A DNA stretch of 64,000 bases from Paraspadella gotoi. Lineage: Eukaryota > Animalia > Chaetognatha. The notes under the pieces were generated by a model. That model saw only the letters and a list, made by a program, of their open reading frames with translations. It did no database searches and was not told the DNA's origin. Numbering within the stretch: the stretch's first letter is position 1; the number at the start of each line of letters is the position of its first letter. Location of the stretch: assembly GCA_051294375.1 (NCBI GenBank), contig CM119264.1:10248175-10312174 (forward strand), given 5' to 3'. Both the position numbers and the translations under genes were made by a program. Below are positions 28,406-39,114 of the stretch, one piece after another.

Positions 28406-28668
28406 CTGAAGATGGAAGGATATAGTCAAATATATTATTATTTTTATTATTATTATTCAAAATATTTAGTATTATAACTTATGTTAATATTTTTAAAAAA
28501 TGTGCTGCGATCCGAAAGTCTTTTTGAATAGGTTCGGTTTCCTGATTTTTATCTCCAACGGCGATTGACGGAAAGTGATAGGGCTTTTGATCGACATGCA
28601 AATCGAAAAGGATCTCAAAAATGTATTTACGCCCGACACTGACGAGAATGTATGGCGTTTAGGGGAGG

Positions 28669-28760
<92 letters not shown>

Positions 28761-28914
28761 TTTAGAGAAATGAGGAAGAAGACGCCATGAATAGATAAGG
28801 GAAAAAGTAAGGCAAATGACCGAGCCAAAGCGCAGCGAGGGTAAGGAAGGATGGGATGAGAGGACAGGAGAAAGAGAAATGGTAGGTGAAGAAATAAAAC
28901 GCTCACTCCTTCCC

Positions 28915-28950
<36 letters not shown>

Positions 28951-29329
28951 TTCGCCAAAAAAAATGAATTAAACTCTCCCTCCTCTTTTCGACCCCAAAT
29001 GTTGCTTGCTATGAAGGAGGAATAGGGAGAAGGATGAAGGGGGAAATCCTTTCAACGTTGGAAGGATTGAGGAAAGAAAGTTTCCAACGCCTCGGGCCCC
29101 TCTGCCTTTCCCAGACTGTTTTTTCTATTTTTTTAATATCGAGGGATGAAGGGAGGAGTAAGGATTAGGCGAGGGAAAGTTAAGACTTTTATATGACTTT
29201 CAAAGGTGTAGTTAGGAATAAATATAAAACGAAGATCTAATATAAACCCTGATCGCCTATCCCACGCCTTTTCATGAAAGGAGAGTAAATCTTTTATTTA
29301 AAAAAATCGAAAGAGCAGGGAAACCCAAT

Positions 29330-29640
29330 TCTTCCTCATCTTTCTCCCTCCCTTCCTCTTTTCCTTTTCTTCCTCCCTTCCTCATCTTCCTCCCTCCTTT
29401 CCTCTCTTTCATTTTCTTTCTCCCTTCCTAATCTTCGTCCCTTCTTTCCTCTCTTCCTTTTCTTTCACTCTTCCTCCCTTCCTCATCTTCTTCCCTCCTT
29501 TCCTCTCTTCATTTTCTTTGTCCCTTCCTCATCTTCCTCCCTCCTTTCCTCTCTTCCTTTTCTTTCTCCCTTCCTCATCTTCCTCCCTCCTTTCCTCTCT
29601 TCCTTTTCTTTCACTCTTCCTCCCTTCCTCCCTTCCTCCT
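29330..29640. repeat. Polypyrimidine minisatellite, ~45-bp unit
   Basis: cccttcctcatcttcctccctcctttcctctcttcc repeated about 6 times in an intron of the Ig-like gene. Confidence 0.85.
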
Positions 29641-30019
29641 ACACCCCTTAAGTTGTTTTGTTGTAAACGAGGCGCCATCCCCTTAATTCTTCGGCGCATT
29701 AAATGTAATTACAACAACGACGCCGTTTGCTATTCGCCCTCGCTCAACGACTACGACTATTAATATCAATAAATGACGCTTTCTTTACAGAATTCGAAAA
29801 GAACGACGAAATCTTTTTTTTTTTATTTACGCTTTTGAAATTTCAATTGAAAAAATTGCTTTAGAGCAAGGATTAAGGATTACTTGAACCGTGGCATTTA
29901 CAGTCTAGATTGTACACTGTACACTACGAACTCTTCTGTATTGTATTATTTGTATCCAATGACTAAATGAAAGGTTTAATTCTCTCTCACGAGCCTTTGA
30001 CAATAACCATCTTGCTCAC

Positions 30020-30145
30020 CCCATATTGTATCCCGTCTTGTTGATATAGAAAGTAGAGATTTGTAACCCAAAGGCGACTTTCTGCAGAGAATATCGGTAC
30101 TGAATGGTGTCGGATTCTCCCAGTAGGTGAGACATCTTGCGGACC
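30020..30145 (-). CDS. Ig-like membrane protein exon (VRKMSHLLGESDTIQYRYSLQKVAFGLQISTFYINKTGYNMG)
   Basis: ttcag| acceptor, GG|gtgagc donor, phase 2/2; STFYI resembles an Ig E strand. Confidence 0.72.
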
Positions 30146-30593
30146 CTGAAGAGAAAGTAAGACGACGTCAATAAGACAAACGGCAAACAAAAGAAACGGT
30201 CAAATATTTAAAACACTTGGGAATTGGTGACAAAAAAAAATGCGCGGCAGTGAAGTGTTGAAGCAACAATAAATAGAGGTCAAAAATGTAAAAATTATTT
30301 GAATATTTAATATTTATTACGTTTTAAATGTAAATATATTTCTGACTCGAGGTTTTCACCAAAAGATGTTCCACGATAAATTCGGTCTTTGTACGTAATG
30401 TCATGTCTTATAGCGTCAACGAAATGTCACCACTAACCGGGAAACCTTCCGATCAAGACGTCAAGGGCTCAGCCAGTCGGAGCCACGTACGACGGCCACG
30501 TACATCGGCCGGACGTCGCGCGGGCGAGTGAAAGAGGAAAAGCCGTGGCAAACCAAAAAAAAAAGGAAAAGAAGGAAAGAGAAAAAGTGGAAC

Positions 30594-30714
30594 CTGGACT
30601 GGCTGAAGATTTCCCAGGTGACGTTTTGCTTCGGCAAGGGCGGATGAACGGTGATGTTGCAGGTGATGTTGGCGCGAGACACGAGCGACGCCGGAATCTG
30701 GTCGATGCGATTTC
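30594..30714 (-). CDS. Ig-like membrane protein exon (NRIDQIPASLVSRANITCNITVHPPLPKQNVTWEIFSQSR)
   Basis: Phase 1 in matches the upstream exon; ANITCNI..HPP....NVTW fits the Ig B-strand Cys and C-strand Trp pattern. The donor AG|gttcca is weak but its phase fits the next exon. Confidence 0.75.
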
Positions 30715-31132
30715 CTAGGTTGGGGGGGGGAGACGGGTAAGGAAGGGTTAGGAGGGGAGCGGAGGGGAGTATATCGAGGCGATGTGGGGAGAAAAATTCA
30801 ATTTGCATATTGTCGAGGAGGAAACGTTTCCGGGCGGCGACGAACGGAGAGGGAATGAGATTGAGAATTCGGTCGAAATTAACAAGCCTCCGATTTATTA
30901 ATATTTAAATATAAACAACGCAGGAATGTAAAGGTGAGTGTAGAGCAAGACTTAAATTTAATTTCTATACACAACGCTGAAAATAAGAAAAGAAAAAGAT
31001 GCCCTCCACTTGAAGGATTGATGCGAATTAGTTAACAATTCATACCTAGCTTACGACATTTTACCATGTTCTAATTATTAAAATGTCTTCGCTTGGTGAA
31101 ATGTACTCGCTCGTCGCTACTCACTGACTTAC

Positions 31133-31310
31133 CCCGACACCGAAGAATCGGCCCCACGTGAAATTCGAGCAGCACCTCCTTCTTCAACATCCGGTCGCTC
31201 AAGTCGACTTTGAAGACGACCCTGAACTTCCAAGTCCGCGTCAGGTCCAGGCGGAAGATGCTCCGGTTCAAGACGGCCGTGTAGTTAACGCCCAGGTCCA
31301 GTCGTTGCAT
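31133..31310 (-). CDS. Ig-like type I membrane protein, extracellular exon (MQRLDLGVNYTAVLNRSIFRLDLTRTWKFRVVFKVDLSDRMLKKEVLLEFHVGPILRCRG)
   Basis: Only open frame; ttctag| acceptor, G|gtaagt donor; high GC3; alternating beta-strand pattern and N-glycosylation sequons. Probably an internal exon, since no signal peptide is seen. Confidence 0.8.
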
Positions 31311-31871
31311 CTAGAAAGAGGAGAAAGGGGGGGATGGAATTGAGAATTAATGTTATGTGTGTGAGAGACAAGATCTTTTAACAGGATCTTCTAACAAAAT
31401 GAAGGCCTAAACCCACTCTCAAAACTCATGGACAAGATAGCTTGTTCATATGAATTATAAAAGAGAAAAATAAACTATTTACGTTTTCTACGTCTAAAAT
31501 ATTATACAATATACATATTTTATTAAGTAGCCATGGAGAAATAAATAAATGATTGAAAAAATAAATGAAGGAAAGATCGAGGGATTGAATAATTTAAATG
31601 ATTTTTGCTTGACAGTAAAAATATAGTTTTTTGTCCTTTATTTTCATTTTGAAATGTAAAGCTATGTCTTTTTTTGTAGAAACTAAAAAGACGGGGATAG
31701 GAAAATGATCGGCGGCAGATGTTACTATCCTCGCATCGCTATGGAAACCAACTTGCGTCTCGCGTAAAAAGGGCAAAACTCGACCGCGGGAAAAAAAACA
31801 ATGGCGTGGGCCGGGTTTTAGAGCTTTTACGGTTTTCCCGACCTAAAACTAATTGGAGCGTTCGAAAAAAC

Positions 31872-31972
<101 letters not shown>

Positions 31973-33349
31973 CTTTCCCTCTCCGAGCCGCCTGAGAAAA
32001 AAGGGGAGGATTGCTTGGGGGATGTAATAGATTATAAACCACTTGAAAATTCGATTCTGAAAAAAACTTCGAAAATATTTCCGATATTTCTCTGAAACTT
32101 CACAAATTAGGTAAAAAAAAAAGAAAACCAGGAAGGATGACATCGATCCCAACAGTACCTAAGACAATAGAGTTGACGTCGACGAAAACGACAACGAGGA
32201 TAATAACAAGTTTTGCACTTGTCATGTCAAACCTTCGTAACAGTTCTGATGAAGAACTAATAACTAACTCAAAACTAACTATATTAACTAATAACTAATA
32301 GCGAATAACGACGAAATGAGCCACGCCGTCAATCAGCTGAAATACTGATTAGTGATTACATATTCATATTACATATTCAGTGACGCGCCAACTGAATAGA
32401 TAACCATAGTTTGATGATGACAAAGATGACGACAACCCACGACAACGACGACAACAACATCAAAACCCGCCCTTTCCAATCGCTCGTCGCACCGCCGTTC
32501 CAATTTCCTCCCAAAGACACTAAAGTCAAAAAAATCACAACCGGAAGAAAATTTTTGAAGAGTGGATTCTTTCCTTTTCGAAAATCGAGTTGAAAGACGC
32601 GTCAAGAGGGGAAAGCCGAACCACACGACGCCAACAGTTCTTCCTTACCAAAGCCTTACCAGAAATGCGTTCCTTATCTGTGCCATCTGTTCCCGTTGAA
32701 TGAAACACTTTTGAACCAAATTCGTCATCTGGTCGTCTTATTATACATCAAATATGATCCAATAGATCTAAGTGTTATGTAATAATTTTATATCTTGTTC
32801 TTTTTATGTTTCTGTTGTCTACGTTTCGTCTGAGACATGTTCTCGACTCTCAATTTTCGACGTCAATTTCACTCCTTGAACTAAATTTCAAGTTCTAAAT
32901 GTTTCTAGTCCAGATTCCCATCTCTATCAAACATCTGCCGTATTCTCCCAACACCCCTTCGCCAACACTCCCCACAGCCGCCCCTCCGCAGTCGTCATCA
33001 TCTTCCATTCAAAGAGGCAACGGACGAGAAAATCAAGGGATTCCACTCTGCTGTTGAAAACCAGCCCCTTGGAAAGATTTCGCAGAGTCGAAAAGGGAAG
33101 GAGTTAGGTGGAGGGGGAGGAGAGAAAGGAGCTCGAAGTTCGACCGTTGAAAGGCATGGGGTTCAACATGGGCGGGACATTTAGGTATGGGTGAAGTGAT
33201 GCGACATGAGGGAGGGGGTTTTGGCATGGGTGAAGGGATACGACAGGGGCGAGGGGCCACGCCATGCGGGAAAGTGAAAGCATGGGGGAAGCGAAAAAAA
33301 GGGGGTAAAACTGTTTTAGTGCGCGATGTCGAGCGGAAAAAAACTATTT

Positions 33350-33383
<34 letters not shown>

Positions 33384-34001
33384 CCCCTCGATGCTTAAAG
33401 AAGCAAAGAATGAAAAAGGAATAAGAAACATTTATCTGAAACTTATTCAAAATCGTCGTCTATTCGATCGAAGGAAGGAGTCGCGAGAGAGACGCGTCCG
33501 GCCTTTGAGTGATTAATATCTATAGAGGTTGTGAATAAAAGACGGCTCTTGAATGAATGAATGAACAAATGAATGAAATTTTAAACAAATAAAGGAAACA
33601 ATGAATCATTGCATTAGGAAATGCGTTCTTTAAATTTAAATAAATTGGAATGAAGGAATGAATGAATAAAAGAATGAAAGAATGATTATCATCATCTTTC
33701 ACTTTAACCTCTCTCCCAATACCGCTTAGTAAAAAGAACTTACCCCCTTCTCCTCACCCCTTTCAACCCCCCCACCCTCTCTCCGCCCCCTCGTGGATTT
33801 AACGGTTAAAAACAGGAAAGATTTTTTTTCTTCGTCCTAACGAGAATAAAAAAGTCATAATCCGTCGGAGGAGAGAGAGAATCTTCACTCTTTCTCGCCC
33901 CTTCGATGCGCATTAATAAGCCGATGAAGAAAAATAACCAAAGTTAAAATGGGAGAGAGACGACGAGACGAGATGCAGAGAGAGAGAGACACGAGAGAGG
34001 A

Positions 34002-34051
<50 letters not shown>

Positions 34052-34322
34052 TTCAGCCAATCGGAAGCGCGGAGGTGGAATGGCGCGCGGCCGTCGAAAG
34101 AGGACCCGACTAGGGACAAACGACGACGACGACGACGACAAAACCGACATCAATAACAACAACAACAACGACTCAGCAGACCCCAAAACGATATCATCGC
34201 TTCCGCCAAGGGAGAACCTCGGTGACACCNNNNNNNNNNNNNNNNNNNNNNNNNNNNNNNNNNNNNNNNNNNNNNNNNNNNNNNNNNNNNNNNNNNNNNN
34301 NNNNNNNNNNNNNNNNNNNNNN

Positions 34323-34522
34323 TCTGAAAAAACGAATCACGACGCGTGCGCCGCGCTGACGCCTCCACCGCCGCCGCCGCCGCGCCGCCGCGCCGCCGCG
34401 GCCGCCGCGCCGCGCCGCCGCTGCCGACCGGCCGGACTTCGCCAGCGACGTCTTGTCTTCGTCCGCCGCTGCCGACGCGGCCGACTTCGCCAGCGACGTC
34501 TTGTCTTCGTAACAACTTCCAA
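34323..34522 (-). CDS. Possible N-terminal exon fragment (VGSCYEDKTSLAKSAASAAA...AVEASARRTRRDSFFQ), perhaps of the Ig-like gene; misassembled
   Basis: ctcag| acceptor in phase 1, poly-Ala (GCG)n and an RTRR furin-like site, but it contains a duplicated ~48-bp block, frame slips and flanking N gaps. Confidence 0.3.
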
Positions 34523-35294
34523 CTGAGCGGATTTCCTTATCTTGGNNNNNNNNNNNNNNNNNNNNNNNNNNNNNNNNNNNNNNNNNNNNNNNNNNNNNNN
34601 NNNNNNNNNNNNNNNNNNNNNNNNNNNNNNNNNNNNNNNNNNNNNNNNNNNNNNNNNNNNNNNNNNNNNNNNNNNNNNNNNNNNNNNNNNNNNNNNNNNN
34701 NNNNNNNNNNNNNNNNNNNNNNNNNNNNNNNNNNNNNNNNNNNNNNNNNNNNNNNNNNNNNNNNNNNNNNNNNNNNNNNNNNNNNNNNNNNNNNNNNNNN
34801 NNNNNNNNNNNNNNNNNNNNNNNNNNNNNNNNNNNNNNNNNNNNNNNNNNNNNNNNNNNNNNNNNNNNNNNNNNNNNNNNNNNNNNNNNNNNNNNNNNNN
34901 NNNNCAGGGGCTCAAGCAGGTTTAAAAAAGCAGATGGGCGCCTCGCGAGTCGTTTCAGAGATGGCGACGTCGCGGTGGAAGGAAAAAGATTATGACCGCT
35001 CGGTGATATGAAGAAGTGGTTCGTGAATCTGACGTCGTGAAGGTAAGGCGCAAATGTGGCGCAGGTTTGAGTAGGTTTCAACGGCATTTTTTTGCGAGGT
35101 AGTAAAGTGAGGGAGAGGTGGTGTATCATAAGTGTCGAGACACCAGCGTGGAGTGGGTTTGAGTAACATTGACTTAGAACTTTTATTGTTAGAATTACAA
35201 TTTTGCAATTTCTTCTTCGCTCTGTCGTCTCTCCAAAGGCGCCTTTTTCCTGGCGCCGTGCCACGCCGGGCTTCCCTCGACGCAACACCAGGAT

Positions 35295-35610
35295 GACAGA
35301 AGAGACAGATGAGACCGATGAGACAGAAAAGACGAAAGTGATAGAAGAGACAGATGAGAGAGATGAGAAAGAATAGACAGACGAGACAAATGAGACGGAT
35401 AAAACAGACGTAGTTACAAAAGACAGACGAGCCCCACAAGAAAAAAGAAACAGAAGATCAAAGGAACAGAAAAGACATACGTAGTAGTGAAAAGAGACAG
35501 AAAAGACATGCGAGATAGAAAAGACAAANNNNNNNNNNGTAGTGAAGAGACAGAAAAGACATGCAAGATAGAAAAGACAAAAGAGACAGAAGAGACAGAC
35601 GAAACAGAAG
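35295..35610. repeat. Degenerate 9-bp tandem repeat (GAGACAGAN)n
   Basis: gagacagat gagaccgat gagacagaa aagacgaaa ... period 9. Confidence 0.8.
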
Positions 35611-36614
35611 CGACTTGGAACGAGCTCGCGTGGCGCCGTTCATGTCACGAGGTGAGAGAGACATGGGGCCAGTGAGCTCAATCGACCTCGGTGAGAATCA
35701 CTGGAAGGTGATAGATCTTGCCTTTGACGGCCAATGAAATCAAGCGTGGGGGAGAAAAAATGAGAGGGTGACTCGGATAACTTATTGGGTCAGTGGAATA
35801 GAATCACAGAAAGCTTCAGCGATTATATCAGGAATTATAGTATTGAAAATTACAAAGCTGCTAAATGTCTAAAGATTTATAAGTAAAACTGTTTATTCAT
35901 CAGCTATGAAAGAAATAGATAAGGGAAAACAGCAAAGATAAAAGGCCATCCAATTATCATCACATCGAAGTCAATTTGGAATAGCTCGGTTTTCATCACA
36001 AATAAAAGCCTCTGATGCAAAAAAAAAAAAAAAGAAGAAAAAGAAAAAAAAATTAGGAAAAATTCTCACGTGGCGAATCAAATAGCGAAGGATGCGGAAT
36101 CTTGACACTGAAATATCTCTCGCGAGGGAAGAGAGGAAGGAATGAAGAACAGAAGTTCCCGCTGTTCATCTCTATTTTCTGAAGATAGTTGGAGAATTAA
36201 ATATTCAAAATCTCGTCATTTTATGGATCATTCATATATAGATGTCAAACCGTTGTCTTCATTCATTATTTAAAATTCAAACCTTTTTTTTTCATTCATT
36301 GATTTACTTATTTGTTATAAATTAGAGATTTGTTTTAAAGCATAAAAATCAAAATATTTAATTTAAGTGATTCATTTAAAGAAACGCGGAAAGTAAGTCT
36401 TTCTTGTCTTCTTTTTTAAAACTTTTTTTTCGGACAAAGACTTCGACAATGGCTTCAACTGAGGGTGAAAAGAATCGAGCAAACAGACGAAAGAAACTGT
36501 CAAGTTTGGCGAACAAAAATAGAAAAAGAAGCCCTAAAAAAATGAGAGAAAAGAAAGAAAGAACGAAAGAAAAAAAGAAAAGAAAGAAAGAAAGAAGAAA
36601 AGAACGAAGAAAAA

Positions 36615-36662
<48 letters not shown>

Positions 36663-37780
36663 AAAGAAAGAAAGAAAGAAAAGAAAGGAAAGAAAAGAAA
36701 AGATAAAAAAAAGGGAAAAAAAGGAAAAAAGGAACCTAATATACTACGACATTCAAAGGGCGGGAGGATTTTTTTCCTTATGCAAAGCAGTGAAATTTTA
36801 CACGCAGCGAAAATCCCGTGTACCCAGTGACAAAGCGGGGGGACATTAGAATCGCATATGAACTGCGACGCGACGCACCGCAGTCGCATGAACGTTGGCA
36901 CCGCGCCGAAACCGGCGATGCGGCGGCGCCCGCGACGCCAACGCCAACCAGAGCGGAGGAAGAATCGACAGTTGAAAGAAACGAAGAGAGAAAAAAAAGA
37001 AGAAAAGGAAAGAAAAAGAAGGAAGGACAGGAAAAGAAAGAATTGGGATAAATTGAAACGAGGGAGGAGGCAACGAGGCGGAATTGACAAGTGGAGGAAA
37101 GGAAAGGAAGGAAAGGGAGGAAAGGTAAGTCGTGAATGTAATAAGCGGACGACGTAAGTCTTTCCACCGATTTATGGACTTTTTCTCTTGGCGAATGAAA
37201 TCATGGTGAGTTTTTTTACCAACTTTATTTCTCATCGTCAGGATTTTTTTGTTGAATAGAAAAGCAAATGTAAATTGTACAATTTTAAATAGAATTAGTT
37301 AAAGCAAGCACAGAAACAGAATGAAGTTGAAATTCTACAAATTATATAAACCCAAGCATGGATGATCAATAATTTGTCCTTCAAAAATCTCCGTTATCAT
37401 CAACGAGGTTGATGCTTATCTTAATATTGTTGAGTTGGATTTTAACTACAAATGTCGGAAATAAATTTTTAAAATTCTTTCCTCGTAATATTTTAGTTTA
37501 TAAAGTTTTTTTCAAAAAAATGTGATTCACCCATGAACTCCATATCATTTTAACAAAAAGTGGGGGATCCAAAGACCAGAGCGAATCTTTGTATTATTCA
37601 AGAATCTGAGTTGGAATTCGGAATCGAGACCAAAGGTGAAACCTTCAACGAAACAAAGCTTCGTCAAGTTAAGAGACTTGAAATTAAAGTCAGTTTAAAA
37701 ATATAACGTCGACGAAAAAGAAGAAACAGCAAACAAAGAAACAAAATAGGAAAATAAAAAAGAAATAAACATAAAATAAA

Positions 37781-38188
37781 AACAAGAACAAGTGTTGCGC
37801 CCTTTGATCACATATGACATGACATGACTAACAAATTTTCTTTGCCCGTGTATTTATATATGCGTTTTATTTCAAATTCAACATGGTTGATTCAGTACAG
37901 TCAAGAACATCAAACAAGACTAGGTCTAAATAGTAGAAATTTTGTTATGACATGCCCTGCATCAAAACCGTCTTTTATTACTTATAGATTTAGGAATTCC
38001 TCAAGCCGACGCTAGTTTTTTCTGTCTTAACAAATGAGCAACCAACTATAGGCAAATTATATGCATTTTAACGTAAATGGGACATACCGACGGACAGACA
38101 TACCGACCGACCGACTGAACAACAGACCGACCGACCGACCGAAAAGTGACTTATAGAGTTGCTCCGCGAGTACTCGCGGCGCAATTGA
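37781..38188 (+). mobile_element. Helentron-associated (HINE/DINE-1/Pearl-like) element; re-copied at about 48420-48835 and 61831-62246
   Basis: Starts aacaag in an A-run; subterminal IR ttgcgcc/ggcgcaa; GACC/GACA tetranucleotide array; perfect 3' palindrome ccgcgagtactcgcgg. Confidence 0.65.
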
Positions 38189-38503
38189 AACTGTTTACAT
38201 ATATACAGAAAAAAAAATGCAACGATGGGTGAAAAAAAAAAGAAGATAAGCACCCTCGCGAGAAAACGACTAAGAAAAAAAAAAAATCAGGGACGAAGGA
38301 AAACGAGAAAAGATCGAGGTGAAAAGAAGGAGATCCTTCGAGAAGTACACCGCTCAGGATGGACGAAAAAAAAATATTCGGTATAAGTTTAAGGAAGAAA
38401 AGACAATAGAATAGGCCAATGTTTTGATGAGGGAAACTCGACTTGCCCTCCCGTCGATAAAGAAATCTAAGGGAGACAGGCGAGGGAGAGAGAGAGAGAG
38501 AGA

Positions 38504-38549
<46 letters not shown>

Positions 38550-38753
38550 ACAAGAGAGAGAGAGAGAGAGAATCAGCGAAGAGGAAATCACTGATTGTGA
38601 AAGATGAGAAAATAGTGAGAAGAGATGAGACCAGACGAGACGAGATGATAGACTCAGTTTAATCAGGATTAAGTTGGAGACTTGTCTGATAGGATCGAAG
38701 AGAAAAGCACGAGAAGAAAATGAAAAAAAGATGAAGAAAGAAAGAAGGTGAAA

Positions 38754-38821
<68 letters not shown>

Positions 38822-38825
38822 ATGA

Positions 38826-38873
<48 letters not shown>

Positions 38874-39114
38874 AAAAAAATAAAGAGACGAAATCGCGAT
38901 GGCTAAAGGAAAGAGCGCGAAACGATATGAGGCAAACGACTAGGAGGCGCTGACAAAGCAGTTTTGTCGAGCATCTTGGCCCGATTCTTCGCGGATCTCG
39001 CAGATAGAGAGAGATTTTAAAAAGATAGATAAAAAAATAGATAATAAAGAAAAAAAAAGAAAGATTAAGAAAGAGAAAAAGAAAAGAAAGAAAGAAAATA
39101 AGAAAGAAAGAAAG

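Noticed and set aside
34194-35288. 364-aa and other long ORFs across 34.2-35.3, 44.8-45.1 and 46.4-47.1 kb
   Set aside because: Length comes from N gaps.
36790-36970. GC-rich island with overlapping ORFs, seen three times
   Set aside because: Repetition is due to the artefactual duplication; no splice signals or recognisable protein; may be regulatory but unsupported.
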